Below are positions 19,113 through 28,212 of a stretch of DNA of 64,000 nt, in pieces; position 1 is the stretch's first letter, and each line of letters starts with the position of its first letter. A model generated the notes under the pieces. The model was not told where the DNA came from. It saw nothing but the letters and a program-made list of their open reading frames with translations, and made no database searches. The DNA lies in contig CBDHDG010000005.1 of NCBI GenBank assembly GCA_965261595.1, forward strand, positions 16,977-80,976, in the 5' to 3' direction. A program made the translations under genes and the position numbers. The DNA comes from a bacterium. GTDB taxonomy: Bacteria > UBA8248 > JACPRG01 > G963555815.

Positions 19113-19469
19113 GGGTCCAGCTCTGGGTACGATGTCACCGTCTTCGGGCGATCACCGGAAAGCGATGTCGCCTGTCCGGCATGCGTCAAGGGACGGCTTG
19201 AGCGACGCGAGAATGCCCGGGATGGGAGCGCCTTCTACGGCTGATCGAACTGGCCCAATTGCGGGCACAGGCAATCCTCCTGCCCTGCTTGCGGGACGGG
19301 ATTGCCCGTCAAGGCGAAGGGCGTGTTCCGTTGCCGCGACTGCGGTCAGGCCATGGAGGGATGCCCGGACTGCGACGGCTGGCTGCAACGCAGGAGCGGC
19401 AAGTACGGCCCCTTCCCAGGATGCACGAATTGGCCCGATTGCAGATACACCCGAGACGTTCGGCAGTAA
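19113..19469 (+). pseudogene. Remnant encoding topoisomerase-type zinc-ribbon repeats, 5'-truncated, with an in-frame TGA
   Basis: Reads CPACVKGRLERRENARDGSAFYG*SNWPNCGHRQSSCPACG...CRDCGQAMEGCPDCDGWLQRRSGKYGPFPGCTNWPDCRY. The TGA at 19242-19244 sits where the F.GC..(W/Y)P.C consensus needs Cys. There is no start codon, and IS elements lie on both sides. Confidence 0.6.
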
Positions 19470-19527
19470 CGGCCACGGAACTAGACTCCCGCCGGAGGTT
19501 CCGGTCTCGGCGGTGAACGAATAGGAC

Positions 19528-20612
19528 CCGCATTTCCCATTTGGATCATAAGATTGGACAGACCGAAAGGCGCTTTCTCATGTAAAATCAGCGTGTTGGC
19601 TTCCCCCTGCCACGTTCTCGCGGGGGAACCCTCTGGGTGGAGCGAAAAAGACGGCATTGAGGGTCCATTGTAACCGCAGGCTGAGGCTTGACTTTCACGG
19701 AGCCAGAATCACTTCAGATGCAGGATTGCTGGCCTGCCGGGAGTTGGATGATGCGCTGGGTTTGACGGTGAGAGCACCAGCCCACTTGCAAGAGATCCGT
19801 CATGGCCGGAACGTCCAGCATGAGTTGGTGCCGCTATTGCGCCAGTCAGTCTATAGTCGCCTGGCCGGGTACGAGGACACCAACGATGCCGAGCGATTGG
19901 CGAGAGACCCTGCTAGGCAAGCCGTAGTGGGCCGGCGGGCACTTGAGAAGCAGGCGGCCAGTACCAACACATGGAGCCGGTTCGAGACGGAAGTTCTCTG
20001 CAGCGAGGAGAACCTGAGTAGGCTGAGGCAACTGAACACGGAATGGGTAGAGCGGGCCATGAGCCGCACGCCGCATCAGCGGGTCATCCTGGACATGGAT
20101 AGCTCGGAAAGCCGGGTGCACGGACAGCAGGAAAGGACTGCCTATAACGGTCACTTCGGTTCCCTCTGCTACCATCCCTTATTCTGCTTCAACCAGTTTG
20201 GGGACTGCGAGGGGGCGATGTTGCGTCCGGGCAACGTTCACAGCGCCGATGGGTGGCGAAAGTTGTTGGAGCCCATCACGGCCCGCTATGAGCACGCGGA
20301 TGTTCGCCGTTCCTTTCGGGCCGATGCCGCCTTTCCGAGCCCCGAGGTCTATGAGTACTTGGAAGAGCGTGGCTTCCTCTACGCCATCCGGCTCCCTGCG
20401 AACGAAGTGCTCTACCCACGGATCGACTTCCTGCTGACTCGCCCGGTCGGTCGCCCGCCCAAGAGACCCATCATCTTCTATCACGACTCCCGGTATCAGG
20501 CTGGAAGCTGGGACCACCCCCGAGGGGTGGTGGCGAAGGTGGAATGGCACTCAGGCGAACGCTTCCCTCGCGTCGGATTCATTGTCACGAACCGGACGGC
20601 TCGACCCGAGGG
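19528..20612 (+). mobile_element. IS1380-family remnant X1 (3'-truncated, start codon lost)
   Basis: Left IR CCGCATTTCCCATTTGGATCAT. The ORF 19657-20694 parallels the X2 copy ([28 protein letters not shown]...ILDMDSSES...) but has CTG where X2 has ATG. Homology stops after ...TARPEG at about 20612. Confidence 0.8.
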
Positions 20613-20827
20613 TGACCGAGGCTGCGAAGAGGCTCGCCGTGTCGCGCAACACGCTTTCCATGCTGCTCAACGGCCGGATCGGCATTTCCCCTGAGATGGC
20701 CATCCGGCTCTCTCAGGCTTTCGGGGGGAGTCCTGAAAGCTGGTTGCAGCAGCAGATGCAGTACGATCTATGGCAGACTCAGACGAACCGAGACAAGATT
20801 GCGGTTCTCAGGTTCGTGACCGCCTGA
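20612..20827 (+). pseudogene. higA: HigA-type HTH antitoxin, 5'-truncated, with no toxin partner
   Basis: ...[52 protein letters not shown] fits the HigA/XRE antidote pattern. The reading frame is fused to the truncated IS1380 remnant. Confidence 0.6.
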
Positions 20828-20924
20828 TCGCCGAAGACGAACAGGCCGCGCAGAACCCCGGCGGAAGCGCGATGGTGGTCCGCTTCAACCCCAGATACAT
20901 CGAGCCGTTTTCATGAGCCGTAAA

Positions 20925-20951
20925 ATCCTCATATCATATTGATATGAGGAT
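20925..20951. repeat. Perfect AT-rich hairpin (12-bp stem, 3-nt loop)
   Basis: atcctcatatca tat tgatatgaggat, about 100 nt downstream of the higA remnant. Could be a terminator or an element end. Confidence 0.4.
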
Positions 20952-21032
20952 GAATATTCATTTTCTCCAATCCCGTTCGGAACCCGTCTTTTACAACTTG
21001 TAATCAAAACGAAAGCGGATTCATTAAGGGAA

Positions 21033-21888
21033 TTATAAAGGTTTTGACACTAATTGGGTGAGTTGTTGGACCACCAGGGGAAAGAGATCCTGGTGGCGGT
21101 GATTGTAGCGGAATTCCATCTCCTTCAGGTAGAGGGGGAATCGCTCCTTGGACACGCCATGATGTTTGATGAGCCTCTGCTTGGCGTAGGCCCAAAAGCC
21201 TTCCAGGCCGTTGATGTGCACTTTGCCCCGACTGAAGCGCCGATCATGATCCACCCGCAGGTGGCGATAGCCGCAGAACATCAGGGCGTCATAGACGCTG
21301 GTAGCGGTCGGTGTAGACCACGCTGCCCCGATGGACCCGCTTCACGGTGGAGGCCAAAAGGGTCTGGGCCTTGACATTGCCGACCGCCTCCACCTTCACC
21401 CGGCCACCCCGCTCCAAAATACCGAAAACAGGGACTTTACCCGCTGCGCCTCGGCCTCTCTTCCCCTTGCGCCTGCCCCCGAAGTAGGCCTCGTCCGCCT
21501 CCACCTCCCCTCGAAGAAGCTCCTGTCCCCCCGGCGTTCCGGCCACAAGACTGCGCCTGAGCGTCGTCACAGCCCTGAGCGCCGTCGGATAGCTCACGGC
21601 GAGTTGCTGGGCCATCTTGCGGGCCGAGACCTCCAGCTCAAAGAGCTTCACCACCCAAAGCCACTCCCGGGCTGAGAGGCGAAGCTGGCCCAGCCAGCGG
21701 CCCGTGAACGGCCCGAAGGTGTACCGACACCCAGCGCAGCGAAAGCGCCCTTTCGTGCCCACAACGTAGCATTTTCGACCCTCACAACGAGGGCAGATTT
21801 TACGCCCGTTTTTCTGACACGCCCTGAGCAAATGGCGTCTCGCTGTAACCTCCGTTTTTACAAGCCCTTCAAAGCTCTTTACGTCCAC
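21033..21888 (-). pseudogene. IS1595-family (ISXO2-like) transposase, frameshifted
   Basis: N-terminal Zn ribbon CPRCEGRKCYVV...FRCAGCRYTF, then DEAYFGG...VYTDRYQRL*. It continues in another frame as YDALMFCGYRHLRVDH...INGLEGFWAYAKQRL. The shift is near 21283-21295. Confidence 0.8.
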
Positions 21889-21945
21889 GACACCAGCCTA
21901 ATCCGGTGTCATAGCTTTTACAAGCCCCTAAGGATTTGATGACTC

Positions 21946-22335
21946 TCATAAGAGAGTGCGCCTGCGTTTTTCAAGCCAACTCCGGGCTCGCTCGGAGTTG
22001 ACGGCCCACATGCCGGAGCCCTTGCCTCCGGGGGAATAGAAGGGTGCTTCGGAATCAGGCAATCCCCTCTGCCTGAAAACGGTGGAATCGACACAGTTTT
22101 GATTGTAGGAACTCTGAACAGCTTCCTCGAACTTTCCAGGGATAGGTAATCCAGTATCTTTGCGTTGCTTTTCAAGTGTGTCGAGAATCCACCTCCTCGT
22201 CATTCCATTTTTGTGCGGCAGCAGGAGCTTGATCAAGCCCTCGACATAGGTGTGTTCCTTTCTTAACTTCGCCAATTCGATGACTTCAACAATGTTACGA
22301 CATAATGCGTCATAGTCAGGCCCATTTTCGGCCAT
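21946..22335 (-). CDS. Hypothetical protein (129 aa), low GC
   Basis: Clean ORF from ATG 22335 in a low-GC patch between two different IS1595-type elements. No motif recognised. Confidence 0.5.
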   Translation of the reverse strand: MAENGPDYDALCRNIVEVIELAKLRKEHTYVEGLIKLLLPHKNGMTRRWILDTLEKQRKDTGLPIPGKFEEAVQSSYNQNCVDSTVFRQRGLPDSEAPFYSPGGKGSGMWAVNSERARSWLEKRRRTLL

Positions 22336-22387
22336 TTCTCATCTCCTCAATCATCACCCAGAAAAACCGGCTTGACAAGGGATTGAC

Positions 22388-22479
22388 AAAAAGGGGTCAG
22401 ATCTATTTTTCATCTCATGAGTTGAGCGAGAGTTGCCGTCGACTCGCCGGGCTGCGAAAAATAGATCTAACCCCTTTTT
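22388..22479. repeat. 92-bp element with 23-nt inverted arms (22/23 match) around a 46-nt spacer
   Basis: aaaaaggggtcagatctattttt (22388-22410) against rc of 22457-22479, aaaaaggggttagatctattttt. Lies in the divergent intergenic region upstream of the 22335 start. Confidence 0.7.
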
Positions 22480-22763
22480 CACCACCGAAACATCCTGGAA
22501 GCACATTCAAGATTTCAGATGGTCGGGAAGAACGCACCCCTGGGTTCAAGGTTCATAAAGGATTATCGGAGAACGAAGAATACACGGTTTCGTCAGTCAT
22601 TTTCACATGCAACGTAGAGGATGATTACATATGTATTGACCCGCCTACTGGAGACGAAATCACCGTTACGCGCGAATGGGACGATGTATCGGTAAGGTGC
22701 GTTTTGTCGATAGGCTCTGATGAGGTAGAACCTTGGCAAATCAGCAAGAGAGCCCTTTCGAAG

Positions 22764-23180
22764 CTATTCTTTAGTTGACCTCAGAAGTTCGAGTGTTTCC
22801 AGAAGGCCCTGGATCATATTCTTTAAACTCGCATAATCAGTCTTGAAGACATCCTTCCCCCCTGCCATATTCTCGATGATGAGAGCAACAGAAGAGACGT
22901 GCTCTCCATCCAATAAGATCACATCCATGTCCCGAAGAACGAAGTCCAGAGGATTTAGTTTCTTGGCCAATTCCGCGGCCAGTTCCCTGTCTAGCCTGTA
23001 ATGACATCCACCCTGCATCAAATCGGAGGTGTTATTTCCAGACATCAATACCAAGGCAAGGGACCCGTCTTCTTGACGAACCACCTCACAATCCTTTAGG
23101 GGTCTAGGTTTCACTTCATCCAAAATGTTCTTTACGTATTCGTCACGGCTCATACTATCCAGTAGGTTGTCTTGCATCAT
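22764..23180 (-). CDS. Hypothetical protein (138 aa), low GC
   Basis: ATG-ATG at 23180/23177. The high-GC upstream part of the 246-aa track ORF belongs to a different, IS-derived sequence. No motif recognised. Confidence 0.45.
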   Translation of the reverse strand: MMQDNLLDSMSRDEYVKNILDEVKPRPLKDCEVVRQEDGSLALVLMSGNNTSDLMQGGCHYRLDRELAAELAKKLNPLDFVLRDMDVILLDGEHVSSVALIIENMAGGKDVFKTDYASLKNMIQGLLETLELLRSTKE

Positions 23181-23403
23181 CTTTTCTCTCCAGTTTGTCC
23201 TTCGCCCGCTTCTTGTACGGCCCACGGGGCCCGGGCTTGGGATCGCGCGCCTCGATGAGCTCGACGATCCACTCCATGGTCCGCGCCCATCCGCCAGGCC
23301 GGCCCGCATCGCCGGCGTTCCTTGGCCGTCAGGCAGGCGGGGTGCGCTCAATGAGGGTCTTCTGGCCATCGATAAGGGCTTTGAGGGCGGCCATGCTTTC
23401 ATC

Positions 23404-23426
23404 GGCAACGTTACACTTGACATACC
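23404..23426 (-). repeat. Orphan copy of the IS481-like terminal sequence
   Basis: The rc of 23404-23426 (ggtatgtcaagtgtaacgttgcc) is identical to 29106-29128, the left terminus of the IS481-like element. It is followed by a high-GC remnant (23190-23400). Confidence 0.6.
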
Positions 23427-23466
23427 ACGCACGATCCCCCATATTGGGGTCAGGAGGTATTCTCTC

Positions 23467-24402
23467 ATGGCCCACTCTGTTCTATCTGCCTCGCATTTCC
23501 ACAATGAGGATGCGGCCTTCGCATACGTCGAGAATTCCCTTTGGTCAGATGGCCCTTACTGTCCGTTCTGTGGCGCTACTGAAGATCATGTCCGCAAGCT
23601 GAATGGCAAGACCACCCGCAAGGGTTTGCACAAGTGTTACGCCTGCCAGAAACCGTTCACCATTCGGATCGGGACTATCTTCGAGTCTTCGCACCTGCCG
23701 CTGCACTTGTGGCTGCAAGTGATCCATCTGATGTGCGCCAGCAAGAAGGGCATCGCAACCCGCCAAATTCAACGGATGCTCCAGTGCAGCATGAAGACTG
23801 CGTGGTTCCTTGCCCATCGCATCCGCGAAGCCATGAAAGACGGATCGCTTGATCCCCTGGGCGGCGAAGGCAGGGCGGTCGAGGTCGACGAAACCTATAT
23901 CGGCGGCAAGGAGAAGAACAAGCATGCCAACAAGAAACTGCGCACTGGCCGTGGCTCTGTTGGCAAGGTAGCCGTGCTGTCTCTGGTGGAGAGAAATGGA
24001 CGCGTTCGTTCGATACGCGTTGCGAGCGTCACCGCCGGAAATCTGCGGCCGGTGTTGGTGGCCCAGATTGACAGCAAGTCCAATCTGTACACTGACGAAG
24101 CTGGTCAGTACCGCCAAATGGGGCGAGACTTCGAGCACAATAGCGTCAACCACAGCTCCAATGAGTACGTGCGCGGGAATGCACACACCAACACCGTCGA
24201 GAACTATTTCAGCATCCTCAAGCGCGGTATCACCGGATGCTACTTCCACGTTAGCGAGGCACACCTGCATCGCTATCTGGCCGAGTTCGACTTCCGCTAC
24301 AGCAACCGAGAAGGGTTGGGCGTAGACGACGTTGGCCGCGCCGCGGTCGCTCTGAAAGGGTTCAAAGGCAAACGACTCACCTACGAAACGGCTCACTCGT
24401 AA
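23467..24402 (+). CDS. IS1595-family transposase (apparently intact, 311 aa)
   Basis: CPFCGATE...HKCYACQKPFT Zn ribbon, VEVDETYIGGKEKNKH, LYTDEAGQYRQMG, HTNTVENYFSILKRG, AEFDFRYSNR. Confidence 0.85.
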   Translation: MAHSVLSASHFHNEDAAFAYVENSLWSDGPYCPFCGATEDHVRKLNGKTTRKGLHKCYACQKPFTIRIGTIFESSHLPLHLWLQVIHLMCASKKGIATRQIQRMLQCSMKTAWFLAHRIREAMKDGSLDPLGGEGRAVEVDETYIGGKEKNKHANKKLRTGRGSVGKVAVLSLVERNGRVRSIRVASVTAGNLRPVLVAQIDSKSNLYTDEAGQYRQMGRDFEHNSVNHSSNEYVRGNAHTNTVENYFSILKRGITGCYFHVSEAHLHRYLAEFDFRYSNREGLGVDDVGRAAVALKGFKGKRLTYETAHS

Positions 24403-24523
24403 GCAATCGCTAAACGAGAAAACCCGGCGCTGGCGGGTATGGGCTCGGTTGCAGTTGCCCGACCCGCAACTAGAGTTTTTCTTCATCGTTGAGGACTGAC
24501 TGGTTGTGAGGTATGGTTCACCC

Positions 24524-24706
24524 ATGATGCAGAAGCCCACACATAAGACAGCTTTTAAGCCTGACGATCCTGAGCAATATAGGCGTTTTCTCGAAACCGC
24601 CGAAGAAGTCGAGGTGGATAAAGACCCAAAGGCTTTTGACCGGGCATTCAAGAGCATATCTCTAGCCCTTAAATCCCGAGTTACAGTAAGGGTGCGAAAG
24701 CCGTAG
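24524..24706 (+). CDS. Possible small protein (60 aa)
   Basis: MMQKPTHKTAFKPDDPEQYRRFLETAEEVEVDKDPKAFDRAFKSI... Its 3' end overlaps the convergent GmrSD-like gene. Confidence 0.35.
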   Translation: MMQKPTHKTAFKPDDPEQYRRFLETAEEVEVDKDPKAFDRAFKSISLALKSRVTVRVRKP

Positions 24707-25341
24707 ATTATCGCTTTGGTTGTCTCCCCCGCCCTTTGTTCGAATCACATGATCAAATGTCACAGAATTACTGTGGATAGGCGCTTTGCAAATGTCACAT
24801 CTAATGGGATTATCTAGCGCCGTTCGAATGAATGTTGCGGACTTTGATTCACGGGATGCCCCACGCTTACTGACCTCCCTGTCGAACGTCGGCGGCGGTA
24901 TGCTTGACTGCTTCAAGTGGACAAAATCATCTCGTTCGATAAACGCCTCGAATAGATCGGCATCGGACAGCCTTTGGTGCATTCCCTCAAAGATGGACCA
25001 GTAGAGGTTGGCGATACGATTCAGGCTGCGCCCACCACTTCCCAACCTACTAATCGTGAGAGATACAAACAACTTGTTTGCATGAAGATACTCTTCTAAT
25101 CGATTCCGAACGCGCGTAAAGTCATCTTTTCTATTTTCTTTATCTAGTTTTTTGGAAAACTCCAGAGATGCGAGGAAGGCGTTTGAAAGAAAGAGACCTG
25201 ATCTCGCGTAATAGTAAATAAGAGGGTGGAGCCCTAGAGACCCTGCATGGTTTGTGCTAACCAAAATAAGGCGTTTTTTAACATTCTCTAGGTATTCAAT
25301 GGTTTCCTCTCCAGTTTCATCAGGCGGAAGAGGATTTTCCA

Positions 25342-26729
25342 GAGATACGCTCAGATCTGGTGTATGGGGTGAATTGAAGAAGGCGGCGCATTCCTGCTGA
25401 AATGGGGTTGTGAAGAGCCCGGTTATTCAGCGAGAGAGGAGATGCGCCACCATGGAGAAAGATACGACGGTTACATTTTCGAATCCAGCCTTTCGGGACG
25501 AACTCAGCGAAGTGGTGCGCCACGGCGCACGGCAAATCATTCGACAAGCCGTGGAAGCGGAGTTGCAGGCCTTCCTGGAGGAGCATGCGGCCGAGCGCGA
25601 CGGTCGGGGACGCCGATCGGTCGTTCGCAACGGCTACCTGCCTTCGCGGGAGGTTTTGACGGGAATCGGCCCGGTCCGTGTCCGTGTTCCCCGGACGCGG
25701 GACAGGTCCGGCGGGGGACATTGTTTCCGCTCGGAGTTGTTGCCGCCCTACCTGAAGAAGACGAGGCGGGTGGAAGCGGTTGTGCCGTGGCTGTACCTGA
25801 AGGGGGTATCGACGAATGACTTCGAGGAAGCCTTGCAAGCGTTGTTCGGCGAATCGGTGAAGGGTTTGTCTGCGGCGAGTGTCGCACGTCTCAAGGGCGG
25901 CTGGGAGGTCGAGTACGCCCAATGGCGGGAGCGTGACTGGGGAGGCGAGGAGTTCGTGTATCTGTGGGCGGACGGGATATACGTGAACGTGCGCAGCGAG
26001 GAGCGGCGTTGTCTGTTGGTGGTGGTGGGTTGCGACGTGCGTGGTTGCAAGCACTTCCTGGCCCTGGATGCGGGGTTCCGGGAATCGAAGGAGAGCTGGA
26101 AGGCGGTGCTGTTGAGCCTGCGCGACCGCGGGGTGAAGGCGGCGAAACTGGCGGTGGGCGACGGAGGGCTCGGGTTCTGGTCGGCCCTGGCCGAGGTGTA
26201 CCCAGAAACCCGGGCGCAGCGCTGCTGGGTGCACAAGACGGCGAACGTGCTCGACAAGCTTCCCAAACGCCTTCAGGGCAGCGCGAAGTCGATGTTGCAT
26301 GAGATCTGGCGGGCGGATACACGGGCGAGAGCGGAGGAGGCGTTCAAGCGCTTCGTCGCCACCTACGAAGCCAAATACCCCAAGGCCGCCGACTGCCTGG
26401 CCAGGGATCGGGAGACGCTTCTGTCCTTCTACGACTTCCCGGCGGCTCACTGGCAGCACCTGCGGACTACCAACCCCATCGAATCGACCTTCGCGACCAT
26501 ACGGCTGCGAACGGTGAAGACCAGGAACTGCCTGAGCGAGAAGACGGCGTTGAGCCTCGTGCATCAACTCGCCATGAGCGCCCAGAAACGCTGGCGTCGG
26601 CTACGCGGCTTCCGTCATCTGGCCGGCGTGGTCGCCGACGTGAAGTTCATCGATGGGATTGACGAGAGAGAGATGGGCAGGGAAGCCGCTTGATTCAGGA
26701 CGCCCATACACCAGATTTGACAGTAACTC
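25342..26729 (+). mobile_element. IS256-family insertion sequence no. 2 (1388 bp)
   Basis: IRs GAGATACGCTCAGATCTGGTGTATGGG and rc GAGTTACTGTCAAATCTGGTGTATGGG. 9-bp TSD GATTTTCCA at 25333-25341 and 26730-26738. Confidence 0.9.
25452..26693 (+). CDS. IS256-family transposase (intact, 413 aa)
   Basis: YLKGVSTNDFEEAL, LWADGIYVNVR, AVGDGGLGFWSAL, RAQRCWVHKTANVL, LRTTNPIESTFATIRLR. Confidence 0.9.
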   Translation: MEKDTTVTFSNPAFRDELSEVVRHGARQIIRQAVEAELQAFLEEHAAERDGRGRRSVVRNGYLPSREVLTGIGPVRVRVPRTRDRSGGGHCFRSELLPPYLKKTRRVEAVVPWLYLKGVSTNDFEEALQALFGESVKGLSAASVARLKGGWEVEYAQWRERDWGGEEFVYLWADGIYVNVRSEERRCLLVVVGCDVRGCKHFLALDAGFRESKESWKAVLLSLRDRGVKAAKLAVGDGGLGFWSALAEVYPETRAQRCWVHKTANVLDKLPKRLQGSAKSMLHEIWRADTRARAEEAFKRFVATYEAKYPKAADCLARDRETLLSFYDFPAAHWQHLRTTNPIESTFATIRLRTVKTRNCLSEKTALSLVHQLAMSAQKRWRRLRGFRHLAGVVADVKFIDGIDEREMGREAA

Positions 26730-26920
26730 GATTTTCCATGGTCTTGTTCGCTAGGCTATTAGGAATCTTCAATCCATTCGTGAGACTCACCAGATTGAAC
26801 ACAAACGGCAGAGCGTTATAGCCCTGCCCGGCTATCGGCAGGTCGGTGGATGTAATGGGCGGGGCATGAGCTGGTGGACCGCCCCTGGGTTATTGGACAC
26901 TCGGGTGAGGGTATTCGACC

Positions 26921-27838
26921 TCATGCGGCCTCCGCAACTTGAGCGAGTTTTTCCTGCCTTGCCTGGGCCGGCGTTCGGTAGCCGTAGCCCTCGAGAATCC
27001 AATGATGGTTATACAGGTTCTTGAACTCAAGCAGCGCCCACCGCAGTTCCTCTACGGTGGCGAAAGAGCGCACCCACAGGAGATTCTCCTTCAAGATGCG
27101 GATGAACCACTCACAGTAGCCATTTCCCTCGGGCGCCCGCACGAAGCTGGGCGAACTGGTCATGCCCAGGTAGGCGATCTCCCGCTGAAAGTCATCGGAC
27201 AGATAGGCGGGGCCGTGGTCGTGACGAACTTTAAGCCCCTCGGCGACGTCCGCCTCCAAGCCGGCGAAGCGCTCGGCGACCCCCTGCCGGATCGGCTCCA
27301 GGGCCTCGAAGCGGTTGCCGCTCTTGGCCGCATGGATCCCCACGCAGTCCACCGAGCAGTGATCCACCGCCACGAACACCGAGGCCATCCCCTCCTCGGT
27401 GGTCACCGTCGTCGTCATGTCCGTGCCCCACATTCGGTCGGGCCGCTCGGTGCGGATGGTCCCGTTGTGGGCCTTGGGACCTCGGGGTTTGCCCACCCGG
27501 TGAGGGGCCTGAAGCCCCGCCTCCCGCATCAGGCGACGCACCCGCTCCTTGCTGGTTCGGATGCCCGCGAAGCGCAGCCTCGCCCACACCTTGCGGTAGC
27601 CCTCGCCATGGAAGGGAGAGTCCTCCAGGACCTGCCGGATGTGGCCGAGGAGTTCCGCATCGGTGCACGGGCCCACAGGGCCGCGCTTATTGGGCGTGGG
27701 GCGTTCATGAACGGGGACCGCCTCTCGCCGCCGTTGCGCGTAGACCGTGGAGCGCGCCAAGCCCCAAAGGGCGCACACCCGCTTCAGGCCGTAGGCTCTG
27801 CCCGTGGAGGTGAAGCGGGCCTGACTCATCGCCTCCAC
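26921..27838 (-). CDS. IS3-family transposase OrfB, copy B
   Basis: 305 aa, differing from copy A at one residue in the track translation (EEGMASVF vs EEGVASVF). Confidence 0.9.
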   Translation of the reverse strand: MEAMSQARFTSTGRAYGLKRVCALWGLARSTVYAQRRREAVPVHERPTPNKRGPVGPCTDAELLGHIRQVLEDSPFHGEGYRKVWARLRFAGIRTSKERVRRLMREAGLQAPHRVGKPRGPKAHNGTIRTERPDRMWGTDMTTTVTTEEGMASVFVAVDHCSVDCVGIHAAKSGNRFEALEPIRQGVAERFAGLEADVAEGLKVRHDHGPAYLSDDFQREIAYLGMTSSPSFVRAPEGNGYCEWFIRILKENLLWVRSFATVEELRWALLEFKNLYNHHWILEGYGYRTPAQARQEKLAQVAEAA

Positions 27839-28212
27839 CTCCTGCCGGCTAAAGGGCGGCCGGCCTCCAGGCGGTCGATCTTCTCCCGCAGGACCTCGCC
27901 CTCCATCGTGAGTTCGCCCACCTTGGCCTTGAGCCGGGCGTTCTCCTCGTCCCGCTCATCCGCCGGGCGGGCTTTGAGCGCCGCCTCGCCCCCGCGAAGG
28001 AACGCCTCGCGCCAGGCGGAAAGCCGAGCCGCTGTCGTGCCCAACTCGCGGCAGAGCGTCTCCAGGCTCTCGCCCCGCAAAAGACGCAGGACCGCCTCCC
28101 GCTTGCGCTGGCAGGAGAACCGACCCCGCTCACTGCGATGCCCTGGGGCCTTGGCTCCGTTCGCCCTGCGGGCGCCCTCCGCCAAAGCCCCCTCTTGCTT
28201 TTGTTCGTTCAT
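27826..28212 (-). CDS. IS3-family transposase OrfA, copy B
   Basis: Same as copy A except ADERDEEN vs ADERAEEN. Confidence 0.85.
   Translation of the reverse strand: MNEQKQEGALAEGARRANGAKAPGHRSERGRFSCQRKREAVLRLLRGESLETLCRELGTTAARLSAWREAFLRGGEAALKARPADERDEENARLKAKVGELTMEGEVLREKIDRLEAGRPLAGRRWRR

Noticed and set aside
19242-19244. TGA at the conserved Cys position of a zinc ribbon, considered as a selenocysteine codon or as evidence for TGA recoding
   Set aside because: TGA terminates many well-defined genes in this window, for example IS3 orfA, PIN-like gene B and the IS1182 transposase. I see no SECIS-like hairpin immediately downstream. The fragment lacks a start codon and is flanked by IS elements. 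The other interrupted genes also carry frameshifts and a TAG. A nonsense mutation is the simpler reading.
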